From assembly GCA_000092065.1 (NCBI GenBank), contig CP000584.1: a DNA stretch of 64,000 nucleotides, one strand, 5' to 3'. The position numbers and the translations under genes are program-made. The DNA comes from Ostreococcus lucimarinus (Eukaryota). This document shows positions 52,132-62,941 of this stretch, piece after piece. Position 1 is the first letter of the stretch. Each line of letters opens with the position of its first letter. The notes under the pieces are model-generated. The model was not told the origin of the DNA, searched no databases, and saw only the letters and a list, made by a program, of their open reading frames with translations.

Positions 52132-52183
52132 TTCAGGGCGGTTGCGCTAGGGTATCGTTCAGGGCGGTTGCGCTAGGGTATCG
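52132..52183. repeat. Perfect tandem duplication, 2 x 26 nt (ttcagggcggttgcgctagggtatcg)
   Basis: Seen directly. Lies in the ~190-nt convergent 3' intergenic space between 50976..52011 (+) and CNOT9 (-). Confidence 0.85.
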
Positions 52184-52203
52184 GTGCTCGTCTAGTCAAT
52201 CAA

Positions 52204-53022
52204 TCAGGTTGTGTACCCCAACTGGTGCAATAACTGAACCAACCACTTTTGAGTGGCGACGTCGTCCTTCAGGTACGCCGTGAACGCTGGATCCCTCAAC
52301 TGATCCGGAAAGCACTGTCTCAAGCAATCTCTCGCCCGCGGGTTATCGCTTAATCTCAAGTAGCATCGAATGATGTGCTTCAGCAAACGCACGCTCGGCT
52401 GCTCCGCGAGCTGCGTGACCATCCCCCCCAAAACCGTCCCCACCGCGTAGCAGCGCTCCGCCGTGGCGCAAATGTACGACAATCCCACCTCATCGCTCAA
52501 AATCTTTTGCACAATGAACGTCGCCACCGTCTTACTCAACTCACTCCCCAACTCCATCGTTCGCAGGCACAGCGGAATGATTTCTGTGCTCAACAAAAAG
52601 TTGATCACCTCGGTGTCGTCCATCTTCACCAGCGCCCCGATCACCCCCAGCGACGTCAACCGCAGGTACTCGAACGGCCGCGTCTTACTCACCGTGTTCA
52701 AGAACGGGTACAAGAACAACGGAATGTGCGCCGCGAGGAACAATCCTCGCGTATCGGGATGACTCGCCACGCACTGCAGCAGCGCCAGCGCGTTGCACAC
52801 GCGATTGCTCGCGTGATTCGTCAGGCTCGGCGGGTTGAGCAGCGGGTAGATCGCCACGATCTCTTGCAACAGCGCCGGCACGACGCCGAACGAGAACCAA
52901 AGCGTCGGCGCGAGATCCGCAAACATGTCGCGCTTTTTACTCAGGTCCAAGAGCGCGTTCTCGCGCGTTTCCGGGTCTTGCAGCGCGGCGACCAGGGCTT
53001 CCATTTGCGCCGTCGCCGCCAT
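52204..53022 (-). CDS. CNOT9: CCR4-NOT complex subunit 9 (CNOT9 / RCD1/CAF40)
   Basis: Full-length armadillo-like RCD1 sequence ([11 protein letters not shown]...[28 protein letters not shown]...[17 protein letters not shown]...). This family is very highly conserved. Confidence 0.92.
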   Translation of the reverse strand: MAATAQMEALVAALQDPETRENALLDLSKKRDMFADLAPTLWFSFGVVPALLQEIVAIYPLLNPPSLTNHASNRVCNALALLQCVASHPDTRGLFLAAHIPLFLYPFLNTVSKTRPFEYLRLTSLGVIGALVKMDDTEVINFLLSTEIIPLCLRTMELGSELSKTVATFIVQKILSDEVGLSYICATAERCYAVGTVLGGMVTQLAEQPSVRLLKHIIRCYLRLSDNPRARDCLRQCFPDQLRDPAFTAYLKDDVATQKWLVQLLHQLGYTT

Positions 53023-53230
53023 CGTTCGCGCGTGTTCGTCGCGCGCGCGCGCACAGTGCGTCGCTCACGTCGCGGCCGAGCGCACGTCGATGCGCGTTTT
53101 ATCGATGCGTCGACGCGTCGTTCGAGCGCGCGCGTCGTGGCGCGCGGTGCGCGGCGAGATCTGACGCGAATCGCGACTTTGCAGCGCTCGTGGATCGCAG
53201 CGGACGTCACGTGCCGACGCGTCGCGCGTC

Positions 53231-54301
53231 ATGCGGAGGCGCCGCGCGCCGTTCGAGGGCGTCGCGACGTGGATGGTGGTGCTGTGCGCGTCGTGCGTCG
53301 CGTCGCGCGCGAACGGCGCGCTCGGTGCGACGTGGTTGCGCGCGTACGTGGACGATTCTGGGCGAACATCGGGCCCGCGCGTGCGCCGCATCGAAACGGC
53401 CGCGATCGGCGGCGAAGGGTGGTCCGACGCGTGGGATCTCGAGTCAGGGAGCGCGGAGCACGTGCGACACGCGTACACTGGGGCGGAGATGAATCGGATG
53501 TTCGCGAGGGTGCCCGCGGCGGCGCCGGTGGTGTACACGACGCCGCAGCGGTCGTGGATCGACGTGGGCGTATCGAACGAGTTCGATCGTAAAGTGCTCG
53601 TCGAAGCGAGCGATGATGACGGTGAGAGTGATGGGGTGGATGAGAAGGAGAGGCACGACGGAGATGAGGCGTTGCGTGAGAAGAAGAACAAGTATTTTAT
53701 GTCCAGCGTAAGCGCGTCTTCGCTGCAGCACATGTTGAACAAGTACGGAGGGACGGTAGATAGCGCGTTTGAGACGATCAATCGACGGTTGGAGATTGAT
53801 CCGAATAATCCAGTGCTGTGGGCGGACCTGGGGAACACGCACAGGATCATGGCGGAGAATAAAGAGGCGGCGGAGTGCTTTGCCAAGGCGTTGCGAATCA
53901 TGAAACATCCCGAGCTGTATCAGTTGCTTGGCACATGCTTAGTAGTGACCGAGCGCACCGAAGAAGCGATCGGGATTTTCAAGCAAGGTATGGAGACGTT
54001 TCCGGGCGATCCAGCGTCGACGTTTAGTTTGGCTTTGGTGTATCTGCAGCTCGAGCAGTGGCACGACGCCATCGTCGTGCTCGAGGCGTTGACTCGCGTC
54101 AATCCAACCTTCGCCGGCGGATTGGCGAACGAACATTTACTCATCGCCAGAAGGCAACTGCAGCGCGAATCGTCCGGGCGTATAGATGCGGGAGTGTTCG
54201 TCATATTCGTGGTCACCCTTGTCGCCCTCGCGTGGTTGCAGATGTCGCGTCATTTCCAACGAGTGAAAAAGGCGCACTCGCGCAAGCAAAAGCGGCGATG
54301 A
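53231..54301 (+). CDS. TPR-repeat protein with signal peptide and C-terminal TM anchor
   Basis: N-terminal hydrophobic signal (WMVVLCASCVASRANG). TPR-like helices (NNPVLWADLGNTHRIMAENKEAAECFAKALRI...). C-terminal VFVIFVVTLVALAWL then basic tail. Confidence 0.55.
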   Translation: MRRRRAPFEGVATWMVVLCASCVASRANGALGATWLRAYVDDSGRTSGPRVRRIETAAIGGEGWSDAWDLESGSAEHVRHAYTGAEMNRMFARVPAAAPVVYTTPQRSWIDVGVSNEFDRKVLVEASDDDGESDGVDEKERHDGDEALREKKNKYFMSSVSASSLQHMLNKYGGTVDSAFETINRRLEIDPNNPVLWADLGNTHRIMAENKEAAECFAKALRIMKHPELYQLLGTCLVVTERTEEAIGIFKQGMETFPGDPASTFSLALVYLQLEQWHDAIVVLEALTRVNPTFAGGLANEHLLIARRQLQRESSGRIDAGVFVIFVVTLVALAWLQMSRHFQRVKKAHSRKQKRR

Positions 54302-54355
54302 TGCGTTCAATCAGAGCGTTGTTACATTTTAGCTATAGTTCGTAATAGAAACCAT

Positions 54356-55813
54356 CTAGCGACCGAATAACGACATTGACGGATTCAAATATGCGTGGTA
54401 AGCGAAATCGGGGTCGAAGACGAATTGTGGAAACCACATCTCCGACGGATCGAGGAGTTTGTGCCAGAAGAGCACAATCCAAGGTCCGACCGAGCCGAGA
54501 ACGACGTTAAGCCAAATCGCGTACTTCATCGGCATCTGCTTCCTCCATCCGAGGGTGGAGATGAAAATGAGCAAAGCCACGGTGAGAGATCCCGTCGTCC
54601 CTTTCACGAGACGCAGATGAAAATCGCTGTCGTTGAAAGCTTGCGACGTGTGCCAAAATTGCTCGGGCCCGAGCAAAGTGTACAACGCCATGTAGCAGTT
54701 ATCAAACACGGCCGCGGCTGCATTCAAGCCGACGTAAGTTAACGTCGCAGCGTCGGGCGACATACGACCGAGACGCTTGCGCGACCCCGACGTCACCTTG
54801 GCCCACAACCCATCCGCGTCGGCGGGCTTGGGCGTCAAAGCCAACACAAATTCAGTGGACTCCCAAAGCTTGGCCAATGAAAAGTACCAATAGGGCATCA
54901 CGGCCCAAAACATCCACTCCGGCGCATCGGGTTGAGCGCTCCACGCGATCCAAACCACGCCTTGGAAAGACGCGACGAACGAGTACCCGAGCTGCATCGC
55001 GTACTTGCCCTCCTTGCTCGCCTTGAAAATATTCATCAGAGGCCCGTACGAAAGCGCGTTGGCCATGAACATCGCGCTCGACACCCACATCCACGTCCAT
55101 CCCGGACTTTCACGATAGATTCGCTCCAACCCAACGGCGTAGAGCGCCATCGCGAGCCCCCCCGCGCCGGTGACGACGTGAATCCAACTCGCGTTCGTTC
55201 TCGACTTGCGCGCGATGGGATTCCCGATCGGTCGCGGAATCACCGACGAGCGCCACAGCGCGTACACCGTCCCCACCGTGAGTAATCCCAAAAATCCATC
55301 CTCGATGATCCCGCCCACGCCCGGCGCGTGGTTCGCGATCAAGCCGCGCGCCGCGCCCGCGAGCGCGTCCCGCGCCGTCGCCGTCGCCGTCGCCGGTCCG
55401 CCGAGCGCCACCACCTCCGCCCCCACCGCGAGCGCGCTCACCGCCAGCACCACCGCCTCTTTATCGCTCTTCCTCGTCGTTTCGCGCGCGCTCGTCGCCG
55501 TCGTCGCCTCCGTCGTCGCCTCCCTCGTCGCCGCGTCGCCGTCCTCGCGCGTCGCCGTCGCCGCCCCCCCCGTCGCCGTCGCCTCCTCCCCCGTCGTCGC
55601 CGCGCGCGCGCCGCGCGTCGCGCCCGTCTCCCGCGCGCCTCTCGCGCGTCCCTCGGCCGCGACTCGCCCCGATCGCGCGCGCGTCGTCCCGCGCGCGTCC
55701 GTCTTGGATTTTATCCACATCGCGCGTCGTCCTCGCGTCGTCGCCGTCGCGCGCGCCGACGCGCCGTCCGCGCGCGACGACGCGCGCGCGACGACGATCG
55801 CGCGCGTCGCCAT
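54356..55813 (-). CDS. Polytopic membrane protein (>=8 predicted TM helices), family unresolved; Ala/Thr/Arg-rich N-terminal leader
   Basis: Hydrophobic C-terminal ~330 aa with Trp-rich TM segments. Start placed at internal ATG (MATRAIVVARAS). The ORF extends to 56002 as low-complexity. Confidence 0.5.
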   Translation of the reverse strand: MATRAIVVARASSRADGASARATATTRGRRAMWIKSKTDARGTTRARSGRVAAEGRARGARETGATRGARAATTGEEATATGGAATATREDGDAATREATTEATTATSARETTRKSDKEAVVLAVSALAVGAEVVALGGPATATATARDALAGAARGLIANHAPGVGGIIEDGFLGLLTVGTVYALWRSSVIPRPIGNPIARKSRTNASWIHVVTGAGGLAMALYAVGLERIYRESPGWTWMWVSSAMFMANALSYGPLMNIFKASKEGKYAMQLGYSFVASFQGVVWIAWSAQPDAPEWMFWAVMPYWYFSLAKLWESTEFVLALTPKPADADGLWAKVTSGSRKRLGRMSPDAATLTYVGLNAAAAVFDNCYMALYTLLGPEQFWHTSQAFNDSDFHLRLVKGTTGSLTVALLIFISTLGWRKQMPMKYAIWLNVVLGSVGPWIVLFWHKLLDPSEMWFPQFVFDPDFAYHAYLNPSMSLFGR

Positions 55814-56028
55814 CGCGTCGTCGTCGTCGGACGTCGCGGTGTCGTCGCGTCGCGCCGCGACGGACGACGCGACGTCGCGCGACGACGGCGATGGACGCGG
55901 ATCGAACCCACGCGCACACGGACCACGAGAAAGACCCGAAAAAGACGCGCGCCCTCGCGAGGCGATTGAAGATTGCAGATTGGCGACGCCGGGACGACGC
56001 ACACGCGGGCGCGGGGACGACGCGCGCG

Positions 56029-56232
56029 ATGTCGCCGCGAAACGCGGTCGCCGTCGCGCTGCTGAACGACCCGAACGAATGCGTCGTCGTCGACCTCGAC
56101 GCGCTGCCGACGGACGTCGAGGACGTCGCGAGCGTCCTCCAGGCGGAGCTCGCGCCGCTCGAGGCGTGGATCGAGGTGACGGAGGCGTACCTCAGGCGAG
56201 GCGACGCGCGAGGGTTCGAGACGCTGATGGAG
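56029..56232 (+). CDS. CTR9: CTR9 (Paf1 complex) exon 1
   Basis: MSPRNAVAVALLNDPNECVVVDLDALPTDVEDVASVLQAELAPLEAWIEVTEAYLRRGDARGFETLMEM aligns with human CTR9 [58 protein letters not shown]. Phase-0 GTGTGC donor ~56233. Confidence 0.55.
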
Positions 56233-56430
56233 ATGGTGTGCGCGCCGGGTGCGTGGACGCGCGCGCCGCGACCGACGGGACGCGACGCGCGCGCGAACGA
56301 ACGAACGAACGAACGAAAGCGCGCGAACGTTTGCGCGATCGAGCGATGATGGATCGACGGGCTCAACGGCGTCGACCGAACGCGGTGACTGACGAGACCG
56401 CGCGCGCGGACGACGATAGAGATCGAGGAG

Positions 56431-59379
56431 GTGTATAGGGAACAAGCGTACGGACGCGCGGCGGTGCTGTGCCTGTACGCGTCGTATTGGGCGAATAGGG
56501 CGGCGCGGGAGACGGACGCGGTGAGCCGAGAGGAGGGGTTCATCAAGGCGGGCGCGTACTTGAATCAAGCGGCGGGAATTCACAGGAAACCGGAACAGAT
56601 CGTGGCGATCGGACGCGCGCACCTGGCGTTCGCGCGCGGGGCGACGGGAGAGGGCGAGAAACTCATCGACCAGGCGCTCGGGCTCAAGGACGACGGTAGG
56701 GATAACATCACGCCGATGCTGTGGAAGGCGGTTTTATTGTATAAGAAGGAGCGCTACCAAGACGCGTTGACGTGGTACAAACGCGCACTTCGCGCGTTTC
56801 CTTCCGCGCCCGCACCGGTGCGTTTGGGGATCGGGGCGTGCCAATACAAGCTGGGCGACTTCAAGACGGCGAAGCTTGCGTTTGCGCGCGTGCTCAAGTT
56901 GGATGAGCGCAACGTCGAAGCCATGCTCGGTTTGGCGCTGTGCGAATTGAGCTTGCATGACATTCGTAGTCAGCAACACTTGGATTCCGTAGCTGCGGCC
57001 ATGCGCCTGCTCGAGCGCGCTTTCATGCACGACCCTCACAACCAAGCGGTGAACAACGTCATCTCGGACAATTTGCTCATGGCGGATGATTACGAAAAAG
57101 TAGAGAAACTCACGCGACTGGCGCTTCAGAACAACGCGGAGACGCCGAGGAACCGAGCGAAGGCGGCGTTTAACCAAGCGCGCGCCTTGCACGCCCGAGG
57201 ACAGGTGCCTCAAGCGCAAGCGTTGTACTTGACGGCGACGAACCTCGACGAACACTACGTGCCGCCGTACTTTGGTTTGGGTCAAATCGCCCTTGCAAAG
57301 GGTGATGTGAAGTTAGCGTGGAACTACATGGATAAAGCACACGGGGAATTCGGAGAGTCCATGACCGTGACTAGAATGTTTGCCCATTTATGCGCGTCGA
57401 CTGGTAGAAGCGAGCAGGCGGCGGAGATGTTCCGCGAAGTAGTGAAACAGGGTGGAAACGACGTCGACGCGATGTTAGAACTCGGAGAACTCTTAGAGAC
57501 TCAAGATCCGAAGGCTGCGTTGAAGGCTTACAGTGCCGCCCTGAAAATGCTAGCTGCCAAGGGTGAAGAAGGGCCAATTACCGCCATCAAGAACAACATC
57601 GGCGTGTTGAACGTTCAGTTGGGCAAATTCGACGAGGCGCGCGAGGCGTTCACCGAGGCGCTGCAGGCGCTCGGTGGCGATGCCGATCAACTCGAGGGCA
57701 AACTGAAAGGTGCTAAGGCGAAGAAGGCGTTACAGCCAGGCGTTGCGCCCATCGCGTTCAACTTGGCTTTATTAGAGGAACAGCAAGGAAACAACGCCGC
57801 GGCGGAGGCACGATACGACGCCATCCTCGCCGCGCAACCGGATTACATTGATTCCATCTTGCGTCAAGCGAAAATTCGGGCCGAACGGGGCGATTACGAC
57901 ATGGCGCTCGAACGCACGAATGAAGCCATTGCGGCGAAAAGTGATAGTGCCGATGCCCTCGCCCTCGCTGGTTGGGTTTTGCTCAAGGCAAAGCGATGGA
58001 GTGAGGCGGAGCAACAATTCGCCGCGCTGCGCAACTTGCCCAAACCCGACGCCGCGGCGAATGCGAAGGAAAAAACATTGACGCACGACGAGTATGCGAT
58101 GGTAAGCGCGGCGAACGCGGCGTATTACAGCGCTATCAAAGAGGGTGTGCTCAAGCGAAACGATCCCAAGGTGCTCAAGCGCGAGGAGGAGCACTACGAA
58201 CGGGCTTACTCGTTGTTCCAAAAGACGCTCCAGAAGAATGGTTCCAACGTCTACGCCGCTAATGGTCTCGGGATTATTCTTGCTGAGCGAGGGCGAATCG
58301 ACGAAGCCAAGACGGTGTTTCAGATCGTGCAAGAAGGCATGGCTGCGAAAGGCTCAATCAACCCGGATATTCTCATCAACCAAGGTCACGTGTACTTGGC
58401 CAAGGCGCAATATGTGCAGGCGAGCAAGCTTTACGAGCGCGCTCAAAGCCAGTTCTACTTTAACCAGAACGAAAATGTCATGCTTTATCAAGCGAGGGCG
58501 CATTATGAGAATGGCAACTTGGAAGAAGCGCGCAAGATTCTTCGCAAAGCGTTGTTAATCGCGCCCTGGAACCACAGAATTCGATTCAACTTGGCGTACG
58601 TCATTCAAGAGATGGCGCAGCGCACGTTGAACAGAACGATGAAGAGCACGAGCTCGGACGGACGTTTGGCGCAAGTGGAAAGTGCGATAGAAGACTTGAC
58701 CACTGCGCTCAAGCTCTTCGAGCAATTGCAAACGCTTGGGAACCAGGCGGAGTTTGGTTTCGACGCCAAACGCACGAGCGTTCACGTGTCCTTCTGCAAG
58801 CAAGCGCTCACCAAGTCCAAACCGCACTTGGAAGCGGCGCAGAAGGAAGAGGCTTCGATCTCTGCAGCGAAAAACGCGCAACTCACCGCGCGCCGCGCGA
58901 TCGAAGAAGGCCGCGCCGCCCAAAAAGCTGCCGAAGAACTCGCCAAGGAGACGCACGCCAAGGAACTCGAAGCCATCGCTGCGCAGTCTGAGCGTCGCTT
59001 CAAAGAAAGCCAAGCGCGATGGATGTCAGAACAAGCTGTCGAGCGACCGACGAAGAAAGGTGCCAAGGGTCTCGGTGCGGCTCCTGTCGGTGAGGCCACG
59101 AGCGATCTTTCCGAAGACGATGACGAGCCCGCACCCGAGACGCGCGCGCCGCCCACTGCCGAGGAACTCGCGCGTCAGAAAGAAGCCCTCGCGGCGGCCG
59201 GTTTAGCCGACAGCGACGACGAAGACGAAGACGAAGACGAAGACGCGCAACCGAGCGCCGACGTCGAAGCACCGGCAGAAAAGAAGCGTTCCGCTGACGA
59301 AACTGACGAAGCCCAAGCTGAAGCCGCCGCTCCCAAGCGTCGCCGACGCGCCGTCGTCGACGACGACGACGACGAGTGA
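56431..59379 (+). CDS. CTR9: CTR9 (RNA polymerase II-associated Paf1 complex TPR subunit) main exon; acidic/Lys-rich C-terminal tail
   Basis: LLYKKERYQDALTWYKRALRAFPSAPAPVRLGIGACQYKLGDFKTAKLAFARVLKLDERNVEAMLGLALCEL matches human CTR9 [74 protein letters not shown]. AG acceptor ~56430. Intron contains (cgaa)n. Confidence 0.85.
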   Translation: MYREQAYGRAAVLCLYASYWANRAARETDAVSREEGFIKAGAYLNQAAGIHRKPEQIVAIGRAHLAFARGATGEGEKLIDQALGLKDDGRDNITPMLWKAVLLYKKERYQDALTWYKRALRAFPSAPAPVRLGIGACQYKLGDFKTAKLAFARVLKLDERNVEAMLGLALCELSLHDIRSQQHLDSVAAAMRLLERAFMHDPHNQAVNNVISDNLLMADDYEKVEKLTRLALQNNAETPRNRAKAAFNQARALHARGQVPQAQALYLTATNLDEHYVPPYFGLGQIALAKGDVKLAWNYMDKAHGEFGESMTVTRMFAHLCASTGRSEQAAEMFREVVKQGGNDVDAMLELGELLETQDPKAALKAYSAALKMLAAKGEEGPITAIKNNIGVLNVQLGKFDEAREAFTEALQALGGDADQLEGKLKGAKAKKALQPGVAPIAFNLALLEEQQGNNAAAEARYDAILAAQPDYIDSILRQAKIRAERGDYDMALERTNEAIAAKSDSADALALAGWVLLKAKRWSEAEQQFAALRNLPKPDAAANAKEKTLTHDEYAMVSAANAAYYSAIKEGVLKRNDPKVLKREEEHYERAYSLFQKTLQKNGSNVYAANGLGIILAERGRIDEAKTVFQIVQEGMAAKGSINPDILINQGHVYLAKAQYVQASKLYERAQSQFYFNQNENVMLYQARAHYENGNLEEARKILRKALLIAPWNHRIRFNLAYVIQEMAQRTLNRTMKSTSSDGRLAQVESAIEDLTTALKLFEQLQTLGNQAEFGFDAKRTSVHVSFCKQALTKSKPHLEAAQKEEASISAAKNAQLTARRAIEEGRAAQKAAEELAKETHAKELEAIAAQSERRFKESQARWMSEQAVERPTKKGAKGLGAAPVGEATSDLSEDDDEPAPETRAPPTAEELARQKEALAAAGLADSDDEDEDEDEDAQPSADVEAPAEKKRSADETDEAQAEAAAPKRRRRAVVDDDDDE

Positions 59380-59596
59380 TCGCGTCTTCTCCGTTCGACA
59401 CGTTCACACCGCGCGCTCGCGCGCACCGCGCTCGCAACGCGCGCTTAGTATATCATCAATACATCGTATCACACCACCCAACCCGACCACTCGACGTCTG
59501 CGCCCTCTCAAAATTCAAATCCTTGGCGCGGCTGTTTGAATTCCAAATTCAAACCGGCGCCCGCACACGCACGCGCGCGCGGCGCGCGGGCGAGCG

Positions 59597-61822
59597 TTGA
59601 CGACGACGATCGCAACGACGACGATGACGACCGTGGACGCATCGATGCCCGCCGCGATGCCGAGCGGCGCCGCGACGACCACGGAAACGATCGACGTTCC
59701 GGACGTTGGCGCGGTCGACGACGACGCGCGACGACGCGCGACGACGCGCGACGAGAGCGCGAGCGAGGACGAAGATGAGGAATATCTCGGACGGATCCGT
59801 CGACGCGCGCGCACGCGCGAGGATGAGAGCGAGAGCGAGGAGGACACGCGAGAGGGCGACGGGTCAGAGGACGGCGAAGGCGAGGCGCCGCGAGGGAAAG
59901 GCGAAGGACGACGACGACGATTGAAACGCGCGAATGGTGAACGCGTCGAACGAGACGTTGATGGAAGTGACTCGAGCGATTCGAGCGAGAGCGAATTGGA
60001 TGAGGAGATGATGATGGAACGTAAGTACGCCGAGACGGGGCGGTTGACGGATGAAGACGTCGAGGACGAGGCAGAGGAGACCGTTCGTGGAGCGTATGAC
60101 GAAGTGGGTGTGGGATATTCGTCCGATTCGTCGCTTGGATCACCCGTAGCGGGCGATGATGTGCCGGCGAGCGGTAGTCGGCCGAGGAAAATGACGAAGA
60201 AGCAGATGAAGAAGGAACGAGACGCGTTGGCCAAGGAACAGGAACGCATGATGAAACGAGCGCAAAGACGGGCGAAATTCCCGGGCTGGGACGCCGAAGT
60301 GGTGCGCGTGTCTTATTTACCGTTGATTGACAAGCTTCGCGCTGCGGTGGCGCACATCAAGCACGACGGACTAGTTATGGGAGAAGACTCGCCGGCAAAA
60401 GAGGCCGACAAAGCCACAAAGGCGGACACGCCCACCGTCGCCCCGCTTGCAGACTCCGAAGATGACGAAGCGGACGACGGTGAACCTAAAGCAAAGACAG
60501 CCGAAGTCGTAGAAATCGATCTCGATGACGACGAAGAAGAAGATGACGATGCATTACTCAAGGAAATCTTGGCAAAGAAAGCAGTCGCGGTGGCGCAAAA
60601 GCCATCCGAAACGGTGATGACTGAGGAACCAACGCTTGTCGAACAAGAGGACGGAGAGGACGCGGATGACGAGTCCGAAGAAGACAGCGAAGATGATTTA
60701 TCCGAGGAGGAAGATATGACGGAAGAAGAGCGTCGAATGCAGCGTAAGGCGGCGAAGAGATTCATCAAGGCGGATAGAAGATCGCACAGAGCCGCCGCCA
60801 CCACGGGCGACGTCTTTGAAGATGAAGCGGAGATGTCCGAAGATGGTGGGCACACCGACGACGATGATGATGATGATATTCAGGATGACGTTGACGATGT
60901 CGCCGACGCTATCGATTTCCGCGAAGAACAGCCCGAAGACGAGCGCCGTGCCGCGGCTCGTGCGCGCGCCTTCGCAAAGGAGCAGCAAGCCCAAGACGAC
61001 GACGAGCTCGAAAAGATGAAGCAGATGGTTGGTAACGGTTTCAAACGCAAAAAGAATGGTCTGTTCGACTCTGAAGACGCGTGGCAGCGTAAGAGACGCA
61101 ATGCTAACGGCGAAGAGGAATCTGATTCGGATGACGTCGACTATGGTCCCGTCATCGAGCGTCCCGAAGAGGCCGTCGAATTATCGGACGACGACGACGG
61201 TGAGTGGCGCGAACAAGCCAAGCGTCGTCGTGCCCTGCACGAATCCGGTACACAAGAGTCTCTTGAGCTACCAAATGCGTTCGAAGGTAACGTCAGTCAA
61301 GAAGTCTACGCCGCCATCAAGGCTCCTCGCATGAATTCGTTCCACAGCGAGTCGCAAGACACCACGCAAGCGGAAGGATGGGAAGCCCCGCTCCCTCGAG
61401 CGCAATCTATGCCCGCGGCTTTGGTCCGTACGTCGAGCCATCTCGGCAGCGGAAGTTCTGCAATGCTTGCCCGTCAATCATCGAAAACGTTCTTGGGTAA
61501 GAAACGACAAGTCACCAAGGCGACTGGCGCGCTGCTCGGCAACAGCCAGGCTTCACGCTCATACGTCTTCGGCCGAACGGATAGCCAAAGTCAATGGGGA
61601 GGCGACGATTCGGGTCCCGCGACCACGTTCAAGGAAATCGGTCGCGATGAAGATGCGCGCGCTTTCGGTTCGACGAACATGGGACCAACGAGACCGAACG
61701 CGTCCGAACCGAAGAAGAAGCCATCCTTATTCGCGATGGTGAGCCAGACCGCGGGCGAGAACAACGCCCGCCCTCGAGCGGAGGACGTTCAAAAAGCGAT
61801 GAAGGCAGCGTCGGGGAAATGA
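59597..61822 (+). CDS. Hypothetical acidic/basic nuclear-type protein (741 aa; Asp/Glu/Ser tracts, KKQMKKERDALAKEQERMMKRAQRR)
   Basis: Clean ORF from ATG 59597. No domain recognised; any Claspin/Mrc1 resemblance is only by composition. Confidence 0.55.
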   Translation: MTTTIATTTMTTVDASMPAAMPSGAATTTETIDVPDVGAVDDDARRRATTRDESASEDEDEEYLGRIRRRARTREDESESEEDTREGDGSEDGEGEAPRGKGEGRRRRLKRANGERVERDVDGSDSSDSSESELDEEMMMERKYAETGRLTDEDVEDEAEETVRGAYDEVGVGYSSDSSLGSPVAGDDVPASGSRPRKMTKKQMKKERDALAKEQERMMKRAQRRAKFPGWDAEVVRVSYLPLIDKLRAAVAHIKHDGLVMGEDSPAKEADKATKADTPTVAPLADSEDDEADDGEPKAKTAEVVEIDLDDDEEEDDDALLKEILAKKAVAVAQKPSETVMTEEPTLVEQEDGEDADDESEEDSEDDLSEEEDMTEEERRMQRKAAKRFIKADRRSHRAAATTGDVFEDEAEMSEDGGHTDDDDDDDIQDDVDDVADAIDFREEQPEDERRAAARARAFAKEQQAQDDDELEKMKQMVGNGFKRKKNGLFDSEDAWQRKRRNANGEEESDSDDVDYGPVIERPEEAVELSDDDDGEWREQAKRRRALHESGTQESLELPNAFEGNVSQEVYAAIKAPRMNSFHSESQDTTQAEGWEAPLPRAQSMPAALVRTSSHLGSGSSAMLARQSSKTFLGKKRQVTKATGALLGNSQASRSYVFGRTDSQSQWGGDDSGPATTFKEIGRDEDARAFGSTNMGPTRPNASEPKKKPSLFAMVSQTAGENNARPRAEDVQKAMKAASGK

Positions 61823-62014
61823 TTTATGTAACGAAGATAAGCGCACGATGATTTGAATAAGGTGATTTTTACTGCAAACATTCACTCTAAACACACCTCA
61901 TCTCACTAATGCAAAGAGCGCGACGCGCTCTTCCGCTCCTATCGCCACGAGTTTCTCGACACACCTAACTGATTGAACACGTAACCGAGTCGTATTGATT
62001 GAATACCTTCCCGT

Positions 62015-62357
62015 TTACATCTCCATTTCCTTACCAACGTACGGCTTGGCCATGTCTTCGTCATCCTTCGGGGTGTGGATGACGACGGTGTCCGGAATCG
62101 GCGTCGACGGACCGTTGCGGCCCTTCGGATCGTGGTCGAGCATAATCTTCACGCGCATACCGATGGTACCCTGGCGAAGCAAGGCGTGGCGAGTGCACGA
62201 AACGATGTATTCGCGCACCGGGTTACCGGAAGAAATCATGTAACCGTCCTTGAACTTCATCGCCTTGGCGCGTTGGCCGCGAAGCTTACCAGAGACGACG
62301 ACCTCCGCACCCTTGGCGCCAGCCTCCATGATGTATCGAAGCACGCCGTAGCACGCA
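62015..62357 (-). CDS. RPS3: 40S ribosomal protein S3 (uS3), exon 3
   Basis: [47 protein letters not shown]... matches human RPS3 [47 protein letters not shown]. Preceded by tttttttt gcgtgcgcag acceptor. Confidence 0.9.
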
Positions 62358-62621
62358 CTGCGCACGCAAAAAAAATGTCAATCGTCAGTCACGCGTTCGT
62401 CTACGTCGACCACATCATCTCGCGTTCGCGTCGCGCGCGCCAAAGCCCTCTCGTTTTGCCGCGTCGTCGCGTTTGAAAACCTCTCAAAGCCCTAACACGT
62501 GCGCCCATCGCACGCGCTCGGACGCCTCGTCCGTCGCTTCTGCGTCCGCGTCGCGCGTCGACGCGGACGACTAAAATTAACGCGCGACCACTCTTTGCGA
62601 TCGATCGAAGAACACACGCAC

Positions 62622-62941
62622 CGTCGAACGGCGAGACCGCCGAGAAGCTTGTATCGCAAAGACTCGCACTGCGCGATGGCGCACAACCCGCGGTTGTTCA
62701 CCCGTTCCGCGTACAGCTCCACCGAACCTTCCGCCATCTGGAACCTGCGCTGCACGAGCGTGGTCAACTCACGAATGCGTCGACCCTTTTCGCCGAGCAC
62801 GTTCGCCGTGCGCGTGGCGCGGATGATGATTTCCGTGCGCATTGGGGTCTGTCGGACTTCCACGCCCGAGTACCCATCCTCGGCGAGCTCGCGGACGAGC
62901 ATTTCGTTGAGCTCGGCGAAGAAGACGCCGTCGGCGACGAA
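62622..62941 (-). CDS. RPS3: 40S ribosomal protein S3 (uS3), exon 2 (KH domain)
   Basis: [60 protein letters not shown]...[13 protein letters not shown] matches human [70 protein letters not shown] acceptor. GTGCGT donor in phase 2. Confidence 0.88.
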
